Part shown: piece by piece, positions 49,202-60,448 of the stretch
Position numbering within the stretch: position 1 is the stretch's first letter
Layout of the letters: every line of letters starts with the position of its first letter
From: an uncultured Candidatus Peribacteria bacterium
Lineage (GTDB): Bacteria; Patescibacteriota; Gracilibacteria; RBG-16-42-10
Direction: 5' to 3'
Assembly: GCA_964514565.1 (NCBI GenBank)
Contig: CAZERA010000001.1
Span: 248,001-312,000 of the forward strand
Length of the DNA: 64,000 bases
Translations under genes and position numbers: made by a program
The notes under the pieces: model-generated
Database searches by the model: none
Told to the model about the DNA's origin: nothing
Seen by the model: the letters and a program-made list of their open reading frames with translations, nothing else

Positions 49202-51913
49202 TTATTTCGCGATACGCAATCTTCTTCTCCGGAAGAACTTGCGTATTTCGTGTGCCACGAGCATGGCAGCTCCACCTAGTAATGCATATGCCCAGTCACC
49301 AAGGGTGAGGCCGGCTGTGCGGACATAGGTTTGAATGAATGGTGTATAGATGACTAAACACATCATCAGTAATGAGAAGACTATTGAGGCTAGCAAAATT
49401 GGATTGCGCCAGAAATAGCGATTCCAGATACTTTGGCTTTCATGTCGACGAGATAAAATATTTACAAATTGTCCCATCATAATAGTGACGTAGGTCAATG
49501 TAAGTGCTCGACGATAGATTGGATTATCTTCAGTCCACAGTGCTGGTGAAGCATGATACCCATTTCTTTCCAAGAACCAAATAAAGTTGATGACAGCTAC
49601 TCCACCCATAAAGAGCGCGACGTAACCAATATCTAGGAGGTTTTTGATTGTCAGAAAGTGATCATCCAGTTTGCGTGGCGCTTGGGTCATCATGTCATCT
49701 GGGGCTGGATCAAAGGTCAATGCCATCAGCGGTACCATTTCACCCACCAAATCCACCATCAAAATCTGTACGGCCAAAATAGGGGCAGGAAAACCGAACA
49801 GATAAATTACTGAGCCGGTAAGTACTGCTACTAATTCACCACCATTACTACTAAGGGTAGAAAAGAGTGTTTTTCTGAGATTGGCAAAAATAGTGCGGCC
49901 TTCTTTGATCGCTGTGACCAAAGTAATGTAGCTATCATCAGTCAGTACTATTTCAGCTGCTTCTTTGGCTACTTCTGTGCCGATTCTTCCCATTGCTACA
50001 CCGATATCAGCATTCTTGAGAGCTGGTGCGTCGTTTACTCCATCTCCAGTGACAGCTACTACATTTCCTTGGGCTCGTAATAACTTTACAATACGTAGTT
50101 TGTCTTCAGGGCTAGTGCGAGCAAATACTACTGATTCAGCTTGGATCTTCTGAGAAAGTTCTTCATCCGATAGACTACTGAGCTTATCACCTTCAATCAC
50201 ATTGAGATCTTGACCTTGATCTAGGCCAATTGAGTGTGCAATCGCTTGTGCTGTTTGAGATTGATCTCCTGTGATCATAAAGGTACGCACATGTGCTTGA
50301 TGAGCTGTCATGATTGCATCTTTTACACCAGGGCGGGGAGGATCACGCATGATTACTAGGCCGGCAAAGTGCATATCACTTTCAACCTCTTTCATAGTGA
50401 GATTGGATTTGTAATCAACCTCTCGGTAAGCCATTGCTAATACTCGCAGGCTTTGATTGGCAAAACTATCTGATGCTTCCAGGATAGTTTTTTTCTCTTG
50501 ATCTGAAAGTTGACTGATAGCTAGTACACTAAGTGGTGAGCCTTTGAGGAAAGCAATATGTTTACCGGCCCACTTGGAGTTGGTAGGAGCTACGCGCACC
50601 GAGCTCATCATTTTGCGTACTGAGTCAAAAGGGAACTGGTGGGTTTCTTTCCAATCCGTTCGCAATTTTTTAATGTCCATGCTTGCTTTCTTACCTAAGG
50701 TTATTAGTGCGGCTTCAGTAGGATCGCCCAAGGCATACCACTGACGATGTTTTGCATCGGGCTCAGCAATGTCTCCTGTAGAAGCTAATACACCAGCAAG
50801 AAAAAGTTCATCTGGAATAATATCCCTTTGGCTAATAGTACCCGCAGGCTCATATCCAATCCCGCTCACTTCATAGGCATTGTTTGCATACCAAATGTGT
50901 TGGACAGTCATTTCATTGGTAGTGATAGTCCCAGTCTTATCTGAACAAATAATAGTAGTAGATCCCAATGTCTCTACTGAGTAGAGCTGTTTTACAATCG
51001 CTTTTTTTTGAGCTAGACGACCAGCACCCAAAGACAAAATCACTGAGAGCTGAGCTGGTAGACCTTGAGGAACCATAGCAGCAGCAATACCTAAAGCAGC
51101 TAAGAGACTAGCTTGGAGTGGCGTGGCTTGGAAAAAATTGATCAAGAAAATAATTACAGCCAAGCTCAATGCTAGTACTGTAATGCGACTAGCAATGCTA
51201 CTGATCTCTTTTTCTAGTGGTGTGACATTCGCTTCTACTGATTGGGTAAATTTAGCGATTTTGCCAATCTCTGTGTTCATACCAGTGGCATAGACTAATC
51301 CAATTGCGTTACCACGAGCGATCATTGTACCTAGATATGCTTGGTTGTCCTGACGACTCAGTGGCACCTGCTCTTTGAGAGCATGAATAAATTTTGTTTT
51401 TGGATTGGATTCACCAGTAAGGGCAAAGTCATTGCTCGCGACATTGTTCATGGTAATGATTCTCACATCAGCTGGTACGGCATCACCCTCTTCTAAGATC
51501 ACGATGTCACCTGGTACTAGAGTCGTAGCATCAATTTCTTTTCTTTCACCCTGACGCAGTACTTTTGCTTGAGGAGTCAGGAATGATTGGAGCGACTGAA
51601 TAATATTTTCCGCTTTGTATTCTTGGATGAAACCAATAATAGCATTGATTAGTACAATACTATAAAGGATTACGGTGTCCCTAAGACTACCCAGCATGAA
51701 GGCTAGCGCACCGGCCACTATCATGAGGATGATCATCGGGTCAGTAAATTCACTCAAGAACTTGCGCCAAAGTGGCACGGTCGCAATTTTCTTGAGCTTA
51801 TTGGGTCCGTATAGAGTGAGGCGCTTTAGCGCTTCGGCTTCGGTGAGGCCATCAGTATTTGATTCTAGGATAGCGACACTCTTTTCGGGAGTCAGTTGGT
51901 AAAAGCTGGGCAT
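49202..51913 (-). CDS. P-type II cation-transporting ATPase
   Basis: LTGES, ICSDKTGT, GDPTEAAL, DPPR, TGDGVNDAPALK; TM4 motif is PQGL instead of PEGL. Confidence 0.95.
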   Translation of the reverse strand: MPSFYQLTPEKSVAILESNTDGLTEAEALKRLTLYGPNKLKKIATVPLWRKFLSEFTDPMIILMIVAGALAFMLGSLRDTVILYSIVLINAIIGFIQEYKAENIIQSLQSFLTPQAKVLRQGERKEIDATTLVPGDIVILEEGDAVPADVRIITMNNVASNDFALTGESNPKTKFIHALKEQVPLSRQDNQAYLGTMIARGNAIGLVYATGMNTEIGKIAKFTQSVEANVTPLEKEISSIASRITVLALSLAVIIFLINFFQATPLQASLLAALGIAAAMVPQGLPAQLSVILSLGAGRLAQKKAIVKQLYSVETLGSTTIICSDKTGTITTNEMTVQHIWYANNAYEVSGIGYEPAGTISQRDIIPDELFLAGVLASTGDIAEPDAKHRQWYALGDPTEAALITLGKKASMDIKKLRTDWKETHQFPFDSVRKMMSSVRVAPTNSKWAGKHIAFLKGSPLSVLAISQLSDQEKKTILEASDSFANQSLRVLAMAYREVDYKSNLTMKEVESDMHFAGLVIMRDPPRPGVKDAIMTAHQAHVRTFMITGDQSQTAQAIAHSIGLDQGQDLNVIEGDKLSSLSDEELSQKIQAESVVFARTSPEDKLRIVKLLRAQGNVVAVTGDGVNDAPALKNADIGVAMGRIGTEVAKEAAEIVLTDDSYITLVTAIKEGRTIFANLRKTLFSTLSSNGGELVAVLTGSVIYLFGFPAPILAVQILMVDLVGEMVPLMALTFDPAPDDMMTQAPRKLDDHFLTIKNLLDIGYVALFMGGVAVINFIWFLERNGYHASPALWTEDNPIYRRALTLTYVTIMMGQFVNILSRRHESQSIWNRYFWRNPILLASIVFSLLMMCLVIYTPFIQTYVRTAGLTLGDWAYALLGGAAMLVAHEIRKFFRRRRLRIAK

Positions 51914-52044
51914 AGTTTGTTTTAGTTTCCTGTAATTGTGCTCCTGATACGTGACAAAAGCGATACTATTGGGTACATTTCTCCCTCAATACCGTTGCCT
52001 TTAGTTGGGAAATGTTTTATCATTATACGAAATCAATATTTTTT

Positions 52045-55000
52045 ATGGTTGCTTTGCCCCCATCACTTTTGCCTCGCTCAGCTTCAACTGCATCGAAAAA
52101 AGCCTCTACTAAATGGTCAAGTAGAAAGTGGATTCAGTCTCTTTTGTTAGCGGTTTTGACGATATCAAGTGTATTGGGCACTTCAGTCTATACTGCCCCA
52201 AAAGCACAAGCAGCACAGTCTAGTTTTGCTACTGTGTTTGAAGATTGTAGTGATACTGCCAGTGAATCAACTTGGCCAGAGATGAAGACATGTTTGCAAG
52301 GGGTGACAATGGATGCCAAGTATCAAACTGTCTGGACCAATGTAATCCGTCCCAAATTGGTGCAGTTTTTTGATAATCATGCTCTCAGTGATGGAGGCGT
52401 AGATGATGCTATTTTGCACAAGCCATTTATTTATGGTGCTACCTTTCCTGCAGCTGCTGATATGGATCGTCAGATCTCTACCTTTTTGCGTGAAGAAAAT
52501 GGTGGTCGTGACCGGTTTGATGAAATTGGTGATGTGATCGACAAGGCATTGGAGGGGAACCGAGAGGATGTTTTGTGTCAGCTCAAAGATGTGCCCAACC
52601 TGATCTATGTGTCCGCTGGGGGGGAAAGTGTATCTGCACCATCAATCTGTGCACATCTGACCGATGCCGGCTCTGATGACTATTTGGTCACCGGTTTGTC
52701 CAATGCAGTCTTGTATGTACTAGCCGATATCATTAGTACTGATAGTTTTACTGTGGCAGTTGAAGATCCTCGTGTTACTGGTTTGATTACTGATGTTCGA
52801 GGGATGATGGGGTCTTTGAAGACCTACATGGGTGATGATGCTCATCAAGTGACTAGAACTACCAGGACATACAAGAGCTTGAAAGCTTTTTTTGCTGCGC
52901 AGAATTCTAGTACTTCGGTCCTAGATAGTGGAGAAATAACAGGGATGATGCAGTATTGTCAGGGAGGAGGTATAGTTAGTGGAATTACCCCTGCCCAAGC
53001 TGGTAGTACAGCACAGTCATATATAATGGCTGTGAAGAACTGTTACAATACTTCCGTTACCAATCCGAGCTCACGCATGAGCGATCGTGGTAAAGAGTTT
53101 GTGACTAAGATTATGATACCAGCGACCGCAGCGTATTCTGATCGGGTAGCTACTTTTAGTCCTGGTGGACAAGCAAAAGCGAAAGAATTCATGCAAAGCA
53201 GAGATTATATCCAGTTGGGTGAAGGATATGACCCTTTAGCAAGTCGTCGCTCTGAGTATCCAATGTCAGATTATTTAAGTCAGACTATTAATGATAGTTA
53301 TACCGACTCGGTATCCTGGGTACATGATGAGACAGGTAATAGTGAAATCAGCTTAAGTGCTGCTGCACCTATTGGTTACATAAGTAATTTTGATGACAGT
53401 GTCGAGCCAGCTATTCTTTGGCATCTCTACTTGATTAACGACGAATTAGTCAAAGATCAAAATTATACTATTTTCTTGGATAGACCTTTGGCACCTGCTC
53501 CAACAAGTACTACTTCAGCAGCTCCAGCTCCTGCCTCAACCAGTGGTGGCAATACTGAGGCTCAAAATAGACAGGTGTTTTTAGGAGAAGTACATGCCGT
53601 GCGTCGTGTGCAAGTGCAAAGCAATCGCAATGTATTGCAACAGATGAATGACTATATCAATCGTTCACTTAGTGCCAACAAACCAGTAATGCTTTTTGCA
53701 TGGTTATGGTTAGCTACGAAAGATCATGATCCTAACTATCCAAGTAGTATCGTGCACAGCACCGGTGACTTGTCTTTAGTGACTGAAAACATTGTAGCTG
53801 ATGGCCCACTTGATCGTTATTTCTCTGACCCATACTTGGCGCGTATTACCAATGCTTGTTCACCTAACTTAGTATTGGATCGGGTGTCGAGAGCAGATTT
53901 AGAACCATGGAAGAAGTGTTTGGAGCATGAACAAGAGTATGTAGATAAATCAGATACTAATAGAGCATTCAAGCCGCATAATAGTAGTTCAATTAGTTTT
54001 GAAATGAATTTGGGTAGCAACCTGTTGCCTTTCAAAATGCGTCGTTCACAGCCCGTAGTCGAGGCATTACAAAGTTTAGTACAACGTGTTCAATCATGTA
54101 TTGATCGTCCTTCATGTTTAAGTCTCAATGATCGAGATGAAGGTGATCGCGCGACATTAGATGCAGGTAACAATCCCGGCACGCCAGATGCTAGTGATTC
54201 CATGCTCAATTCAATTTTGGCTATTATCAACTTAATCCTTGGTTTAGTGATTAAATTCTTACTATGGCTTACCGCTTTAGTAATGAGCTTCTTCCAATCA
54301 GTATTAAGCTATGCTGGTTTCACTACCTCAGACTTTGTGGTGAAGATGTGGAAAGCTGTGCGTGACTTTGTGAATTTATTCTTTATCTTAGCTTTGCTGG
54401 GTATCGCTGTTGCCAATATCGTCCAATACGAAATCAACAACTACGCAGTCAAAACTATTTTGCCAAAACTGATCGTCGTGGTAATAGCCGTCAACTTCTC
54501 CCGTTTGATTGTTGGTGTCGGTATCGATGCTGGTAATGTGATTGAAGCTGGTATTTACCAAATAGCTGGTATGGGACCTCATGGTGGAGGCACACAAGCA
54601 GTTTGTTCGACCAATACTACCCAGGTGGGTACATTGGATGTGGCAATTCCGCAAGATATCAAGGATGGTAGTATCTTGTGTCGTCTGGCACGTGGATTGC
54701 GTTTCCAAGAATTACAAAATTATCGAGAAACAAGCAGTGCTCCTACTTCCACATTGACTTCACTATTCTTGATCAATTTAGCAATCTTGCTGATCTTGAT
54801 CATGATGCTCTTTGGTTTCTTGGCTTTAGCTGTGACATTCACTATTCGTATTATTGTGCTTTGGGCTTTAGCGATTACTTCGCCAATCTTTGTGATCAGT
54901 AAGATCTCACCGATCGGATCTGGTATTGCTAGCGAATGGCAAGGCAAGTTTACCAAGTATGCCTTCATGCAAATCAAAGTAGCCTTCTTCTTGACTCTAG

Positions 55001-56913
55001 CCGTATTGGCATCAGAAGCAGTTGGTTCTCAGATTTTCGCCAACCTTGCCAACACTAGCCCTGCAGTGGGTGATAATGGTTTGAGTCCAGTTGGATTCAA
55101 CTCACTTGCTGACTATTTGCAGTTAGTATTTGTAATTGCCATGATTTATGCAGCTGCATTTACTTCTGCGAAGGGTGACTATGGCAATAGTATTGTCGAT
55201 GGTATTGCGAAATACGGTCAAAATCCTTTCTCTGGTATTCGTAAAGGTGCCTCTTTAGCTGGAAAGGGTGTAGGTATTACTGCTGGTGCTTTTGGTTATG
55301 TAGGTAACCGTATGCAGGACAAAAAAGGAGAGGGCTTGGGATCAAGAGCTATTCGTTTTGCCGGAGGAATTTTGGCTGCACCAACTAATATTGCTTCTGG
55401 TGTTAAGGCAGTTGCTGGTGATTTGAAACATAGTGCGCAAGATAGAAAAGAGCGCTTTGGTGCAGTTACTGCGCAAAGATTGGCATTGGGTGACGATATG
55501 AAACAACGTTTTCAAGCCAAGGTAGTTGAGAACGAGTTGAAAATCATCAACAGTATTGCTAATGATGCAAAACTCCGTTTTGATCCATCTACTATTCGTC
55601 AAAAAGCTCAAGAAGCGTTTGATCGTAAAGATTACCGTAGCTACAGAGGTTATATGACTGCGTTAGCACAGAGTGGTGCTTTGGATGTTAATGAGATTGC
55701 CGATCCAAAGACCAAGCAGACTTTCCGCGATCAGATTATTGAAGCTGAGAAAAGACGCGATCCAAGAGCTGGTGAAAAGGAAGCATTCAAAGTGGCTGAT
55801 GGCCTAGAACAAACAAGCTTAGGTGCAAGTAAAGCTATGTTTGACGATGGTAAAGGTTTTGCTGCTCGTACCCAAGATAAACAATTGATTAGAAGTCGTA
55901 TGCGGGAGGCAATGCAAAAGGGTAACAAGTCTTATGCATTAGGTATTTTGACTGCAGCGTTCGAAGGACGTATTGCAGATGAAGGTGAACCAAAAGAAGA
56001 AGGTGCCGGTATTGCCCTAGAAATGTGGCAAGAAATGCAACGCCCGGGAAGTAAATTCAGTATTACTGATAACGATAGAAGAAAGCTCACCAAAGATATT
56101 GCCAAAGAAGGCGTTGCTTCTATCGGTATGATGTTGGGTAATGCAGACGGTGAAGCAAAACATTTGCAACGAGTTTATGAAGCTGCAAAACAAATGGGCC
56201 TTATTAATAATAATGTTGAAAATCTTGCTAGTATTAAAGATGAACAAGCCCGAGCTGCTGCTGATCATATAGTGAGTATGTTAGCTGCCGTAGGTAAATA
56301 TCGTTCTCAAAATGCAGATGGCACTATTACCACTAGATATCTCAGTGAGGCTGAGGCTGGTCGTAAAGCATTGGAATCTGTGGCAAAAGCACAAATTGGT
56401 GCTTTTGGTGAAATCAAGCCTGCAGGTGATGATGGCAATATCAGAACGATGATCCAACAATTGGATGCTTCTGCCATGGCTTTGGCTAGTAGTATGACTG
56501 AGTCTGGTAAATTCCGTGGAGACAATACTGCCAAGATGGTACGTGAAGCGATTCAGGGTTATATCCAGAATGCTGCTTTGATTGGTAATAAAAATGGCAC
56601 TGGTAATGATAAAGAGGCATCAGATTTTAATGTGAATAATTTGAACAAGTATTTAGAAACACTATCAGGTACTATTACTACTGAAGCTCAACTAAATACA
56701 ATCAAACAACAGCTAGAATTGATTGGTGATTCCGTTAAGAATGCCGCTCCTAAAGATTATTCTGATGCTCAAAAGGCAGCTATTGCTACACAACTTGCAT
56801 CATTTAGAAATGATTTGGTCGGTAAGGTGCAATCAAAACCATTGGTCCAAGGTGGCGGCGTTGGTGGAACAGCTCCAAGACGGCCAAGTGGAGATGATGA
56901 TGCTACAACTTAA
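52045..56913 (+). CDS. Giant VirB6/TrbL-like T4SS membrane protein
   Basis: Central WKAVRDFVNLFFILALL...LPKLIVVVIAVNFS...RIIVLWALAITSP multi-TM block; Cys-rich N-terminal exodomain; charged helical C-terminus. Confidence 0.68.
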   Translation: MVALPPSLLPRSASTASKKASTKWSSRKWIQSLLLAVLTISSVLGTSVYTAPKAQAAQSSFATVFEDCSDTASESTWPEMKTCLQGVTMDAKYQTVWTNVIRPKLVQFFDNHALSDGGVDDAILHKPFIYGATFPAAADMDRQISTFLREENGGRDRFDEIGDVIDKALEGNREDVLCQLKDVPNLIYVSAGGESVSAPSICAHLTDAGSDDYLVTGLSNAVLYVLADIISTDSFTVAVEDPRVTGLITDVRGMMGSLKTYMGDDAHQVTRTTRTYKSLKAFFAAQNSSTSVLDSGEITGMMQYCQGGGIVSGITPAQAGSTAQSYIMAVKNCYNTSVTNPSSRMSDRGKEFVTKIMIPATAAYSDRVATFSPGGQAKAKEFMQSRDYIQLGEGYDPLASRRSEYPMSDYLSQTINDSYTDSVSWVHDETGNSEISLSAAAPIGYISNFDDSVEPAILWHLYLINDELVKDQNYTIFLDRPLAPAPTSTTSAAPAPASTSGGNTEAQNRQVFLGEVHAVRRVQVQSNRNVLQQMNDYINRSLSANKPVMLFAWLWLATKDHDPNYPSSIVHSTGDLSLVTENIVADGPLDRYFSDPYLARITNACSPNLVLDRVSRADLEPWKKCLEHEQEYVDKSDTNRAFKPHNSSSISFEMNLGSNLLPFKMRRSQPVVEALQSLVQRVQSCIDRPSCLSLNDRDEGDRATLDAGNNPGTPDASDSMLNSILAIINLILGLVIKFLLWLTALVMSFFQSVLSYAGFTTSDFVVKMWKAVRDFVNLFFILALLGIAVANIVQYEINNYAVKTILPKLIVVVIAVNFSRLIVGVGIDAGNVIEAGIYQIAGMGPHGGGTQAVCSTNTTQVGTLDVAIPQDIKDGSILCRLARGLRFQELQNYRETSSAPTSTLTSLFLINLAILLILIMMLFGFLALAVTFTIRIIVLWALAITSPIFVISKISPIGSGIASEWQGKFTKYAFMQIKVAFFLTLAVLASEAVGSQIFANLANTSPAVGDNGLSPVGFNSLADYLQLVFVIAMIYAAAFTSAKGDYGNSIVDGIAKYGQNPFSGIRKGASLAGKGVGITAGAFGYVGNRMQDKKGEGLGSRAIRFAGGILAAPTNIASGVKAVAGDLKHSAQDRKERFGAVTAQRLALGDDMKQRFQAKVVENELKIINSIANDAKLRFDPSTIRQKAQEAFDRKDYRSYRGYMTALAQSGALDVNEIADPKTKQTFRDQIIEAEKRRDPRAGEKEAFKVADGLEQTSLGASKAMFDDGKGFAARTQDKQLIRSRMREAMQKGNKSYALGILTAAFEGRIADEGEPKEEGAGIALEMWQEMQRPGSKFSITDNDRRKLTKDIAKEGVASIGMMLGNADGEAKHLQRVYEAAKQMGLINNNVENLASIKDEQARAAADHIVSMLAAVGKYRSQNADGTITTRYLSEAEAGRKALESVAKAQIGAFGEIKPAGDDGNIRTMIQQLDASAMALASSMTESGKFRGDNTAKMVREAIQGYIQNAALIGNKNGTGNDKEASDFNVNNLNKYLETLSGTITTEAQLNTIKQQLELIGDSVKNAAPKDYSDAQKAAIATQLASFRNDLVGKVQSKPLVQGGGVGGTAPRRPSGDDDATT

Positions 56914-57073
56914 TGCGCTATTGCAGTGATAAATAGTATTTTTACTTTTCTTATACAGTTAGTAGCTGATTGTTGGTGGGCAATTACAGAGGCTTTTCAT
57001 AGAATTGTGTCATTGTTTTAATAATTGCTTTAGCTATAAGTTTATCTATAAAACAATTCGTTACCAATACAAG

Positions 57074-57111
57074 TAGCCTAGTGAGTGGTATCAACAACTA
57101 CCTCTAGGCTA
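57074..57111 (+). terminator. Stem-loop, possible terminator
   Basis: tagcctag...ctaggcta followed by ttt. Confidence 0.4.
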
Positions 57112-57123
57112 TTTAGTGATACT

Positions 57124-57134
57124 TGTGCTATAAT
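57124..57134 (+). promoter_or_regulatory. Extended -10 promoter (TGTGCTATAAT)
   Basis: Consensus TGnTATAAT 35 nt upstream of the PrgI-family ATG. Confidence 0.65.
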
Positions 57135-57169
57135 TACTTGAACTAGTAAGTCTCCCCTAACTTATTTGC

Positions 57170-57670
57170 ATGGCTCAGTTCAAAGTTCCACAAAATGTGC
57201 AGCGTGTAGATACCATTATTGGTCCTTTGACCATGGTACAATTGATCATAGCTGTCGCTGGTGGCGGATTGGCATATGTGGTGTATCTTTCGCTGCAGTC
57301 ACCAGTAAATATTATCTTGAGTATTATCATTGCTGCTATTACAGCTGGTTTTGCTTTGATTCATATTCAGGATTTGAGCTTTGGCAAATACATAACTGTG
57401 ATGATTTTGTACTTACTCAAGCCACGACTGCGAGTATGGGAAAAGGGCAGTGGTGAGGTTCCCTTGGCTGAGCGCGTGATCATTGAGAAAGTAATCAAAG
57501 TGAAAAAGCCTACAAAGAACTTGGATGAAATGCCCAAAGTGAAATTTCATGATCTGAAGCAACTCACCAGCGTCTTGGACAATGAAGGTCTGGACGAGAT
57601 GGATGAGGTCGATGATGATGAACTGGTTCAGAAATCATTCCAGGTCAATAAGAAACCCCCAACTAAGTAA
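57170..57670 (+). CDS. PrgI-family (VirB3-like) protein
   Basis: QFKVPQNV...IIGPLT..QL, two TMs, KP..RVW.K. Confidence 0.85.
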   Translation: MAQFKVPQNVQRVDTIIGPLTMVQLIIAVAGGGLAYVVYLSLQSPVNIILSIIIAAITAGFALIHIQDLSFGKYITVMILYLLKPRLRVWEKGSGEVPLAERVIIEKVIKVKKPTKNLDEMPKVKFHDLKQLTSVLDNEGLDEMDEVDDDELVQKSFQVNKKPPTK

Positions 57671-57675
57671 TTGTT

Positions 57676-58401
57676 ATGCCAGTTAATCAGAGAAAAGGAA
57701 ATGTCGAGGCTAGTACCCAGACCCATCTCAAAATTGGTGAGATCAAGGATAATACTCTTGTGCTCAAAGATGGTAGCATCCGTGCTGTGCTTGCTGTATC
57801 TAGTGTTAATTTTGAATTGCTTTCAGAACAAGAACAAACCTCAATTATTTATTCATATCAAAACTTTCTCAATGCCTTGGATTTTCCAATCCAAATCATG
57901 ATTCGCTCTAAACGGTTGGATATTGAGGGCTATCTCAGTCGTATGACTGAAACAGCTAATAATCAGCCAGATGCTCGCATCAAGCAGCAAACGTATGATT
58001 ATATCGATTTCGTTGCCAGTTTCGTAGAATACTCAGACATTATGGAAAAGGATTTCTATATTGTAATTGCTCATGAACCTGATCGGGTAAAAAGTGGTAA
58101 TTTCTTCCAACGCTTCATGCAACAACTCAATCCTGCAGACAATGGCTTGGATTACCGTATCCGCCAGCAGGAGTTTAGTGTCTTGCGTAAGACGCTAAAT
58201 CAACGAGTGTCTAGTGTAATCAATGCTATGGCTTCAGCTGGTCTTTTCGTCAAGAGATTGAATACCCATGAGCTGATTCAGCTTTACTATGAAGTGTACA
58301 ATCCCGTCACTTCTCAAGGTCAGAAAGTGGAGAATCTGCTCAAGCTTAATCTCAGTGATGTGCCTCGCGTAGCTGGTCAAACTGAAAATGAAAAACAATA
58401 A
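57676..58401 (+). CDS. TraC/VirB4 N-terminal-like protein
   Basis: STQ.HL.I.EI, VSSVNFELLS..EQ, FLNALDFPIQI. Confidence 0.78.
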   Translation: MPVNQRKGNVEASTQTHLKIGEIKDNTLVLKDGSIRAVLAVSSVNFELLSEQEQTSIIYSYQNFLNALDFPIQIMIRSKRLDIEGYLSRMTETANNQPDARIKQQTYDYIDFVASFVEYSDIMEKDFYIVIAHEPDRVKSGNFFQRFMQQLNPADNGLDYRIRQQEFSVLRKTLNQRVSSVINAMASAGLFVKRLNTHELIQLYYEVYNPVTSQGQKVENLLKLNLSDVPRVAGQTENEKQ

Positions 58402-60442
58402 AACCCCACCACAATCCGGCTTGATGTCACAGATCACCAATTCCTTCCAGGCATTGGGTGGCTTATTCGGCGGTAAAAAGAAGCCAGTTGTATCTGCACC
58501 GACTCCAATCAATAATGAGCAAAATGAGCCAGTAGCAACTATTGCTACTACAGCGCAAGTAAAAATGTCTGGTCAAGAACGTGGTAGTCGTACAGCACTA
58601 AAACGTGGTTTTAACTTATTCAATAGAGATAAAGACGCCGGTTCTACTACCAGCAAATCAGAAGAAGAAAAGCGCCTCAACGAAGCTCAGAAACTTTATG
58701 AAGCAGGCTTGGCTTCAGTCAAAGATTTGATTGCGCCATCTAGCATGAAGGTGGATTATGATAAATTGACCATCAATGATGTCTATGTGCGTACTTATGT
58801 GGTATTTGCTTACCCTCGTTACTTGGATACCAACTGGCTAGCTCCAGTGATCAATCTAGAGGCGACTATGGACATCTCTATGTTTATTTACCCTATCCAG
58901 TCAGCTGATATTTTGCGTAGTCTCCAAAGCAAAGTAGGTCAAATGGAGTCAGCTATTCGTATCCAACAAGAACGCGGTCAAGCTCGTGATCCAGGTCTAG
59001 AGGCTGCTCTCAATGATGCTGAGGAACTACGAGACAAAATCTCTACTGGTATTGAGAAATTCTTCCAATTTGGTTTGTATTTCACGATTTATACTACTTC
59101 AGAGAAACAGCTCACCAACCTTGGTAAACAATTAGAAGGTATTTTGGGAGGTAAACTCCTAGTAATTAAATCTATTCAAGCGCGTACAGAGCAAGGTTTC
59201 AACTCTACTGTGCCTTATGGTACTGACGAGCTCTATGTAGTACGCAATATGAATACTGAGCCACTTTCCAGCTCATTTCCATTTACTTCATCTGAGCTCA
59301 CTTCTGATCAAGGTATTCTTTATGGCATCAATCGCCACAATAATTCATTGATTATTTTTGATCGATTCTCTTTGCCAAACGCCAACGCTGTAGTATTCGC
59401 TACTTCAGGTGCCGGTAAATCATATGCAGTGAAATTGGAGATTTTGCGTAGTTTGATGCTTGGTACAGATGTAATCGTTATCGATCCGGAGAATGAATAC
59501 AAAGCGCTCTGTGATCTAGTAGGTGGTACCTATATGGATGTCTCGCTCAATGCTGATCGTCGTATCAATCCATTTGATCTACCACTGCCGTATGAAGGCA
59601 AAGAAGAACAACCAGGTGATTTACTACGTACTGCCATTATCAATCTCAAAGGTTTGATGAAGCTGATGCTTGGTGATTTGACTCCACGTGAAGAAGGATT
59701 GGTCGACCAAGCTCTGCTTGATACCTATGCTCTCAAGGGTATTACTATGGATACGGTGAACCCTGGTACGATTCCTCCTCCTACAATGGAAGACTTACAT
59801 GATGTATTACAAGATACCAAGGGGGGAGAGGATATTGCGCAACGACTCAAACAATACACTTCTGGTATTTTTGCCGGTATCTTCAATCGTCCTACCAATG
59901 TTAATCTTAAGAATGGATTAGTGGTCTTCAGCATCCGTGATTTGGATGAAGTACTGCGTCCTACCGCGATGTACATCATTTTGAACTACATTTGGAATAT
60001 GGTTCGTAGTAAACTCAAGCGTCGTATTTTAGTCATCGATGAGGCCTGGACTATGGTACAGCACGAAGATGCTGCTCGTTTCGTTTATGGTTTAGTAAAA
60101 CGTGCTCGTAAGTATTATCTCGGTGTGACTACTATTACCCAGGATGTAGAAGACTTTATTGCTCGCGACTTTGGTAAATCAATTATTACTAACTCAGCAA
60201 TGCAGTTACTGCTTAAGCAAGCACCATCTGCCGCACCAGGTTTAGCGAAGATATTCAATTTAACTGAAGGTGAACAATACTATTTACTTAACTCAGTACA
60301 AGGTGAAGGTATTTTCTTTGCAGGTAGAAAGCATGTAGCTATTCAGATCATTGCTTCAGCTGCTGAACATCGAGTAATTACCACCAATCCTGAAGAGGTA
60401 TTGCAAATGCGTGAGCAATCAGATAATTTTGAAGCTAAATAA
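58388..60442 (+). CDS. virB4: VirB4-like T4SS ATPase
   Basis: Walker A ATSGAGKS, IDPENEY, INPFD, Walker B VIDEAW, RARKY, ITQDV. Confidence 0.9.
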   Translation: MKNNKTPPQSGLMSQITNSFQALGGLFGGKKKPVVSAPTPINNEQNEPVATIATTAQVKMSGQERGSRTALKRGFNLFNRDKDAGSTTSKSEEEKRLNEAQKLYEAGLASVKDLIAPSSMKVDYDKLTINDVYVRTYVVFAYPRYLDTNWLAPVINLEATMDISMFIYPIQSADILRSLQSKVGQMESAIRIQQERGQARDPGLEAALNDAEELRDKISTGIEKFFQFGLYFTIYTTSEKQLTNLGKQLEGILGGKLLVIKSIQARTEQGFNSTVPYGTDELYVVRNMNTEPLSSSFPFTSSELTSDQGILYGINRHNNSLIIFDRFSLPNANAVVFATSGAGKSYAVKLEILRSLMLGTDVIVIDPENEYKALCDLVGGTYMDVSLNADRRINPFDLPLPYEGKEEQPGDLLRTAIINLKGLMKLMLGDLTPREEGLVDQALLDTYALKGITMDTVNPGTIPPPTMEDLHDVLQDTKGGEDIAQRLKQYTSGIFAGIFNRPTNVNLKNGLVVFSIRDLDEVLRPTAMYIILNYIWNMVRSKLKRRILVIDEAWTMVQHEDAARFVYGLVKRARKYYLGVTTITQDVEDFIARDFGKSIITNSAMQLLLKQAPSAAPGLAKIFNLTEGEQYYLLNSVQGEGIFFAGRKHVAIQIIASAAEHRVITTNPEEVLQMREQSDNFEAK

Positions 60443-60448
60443 TGAGTT

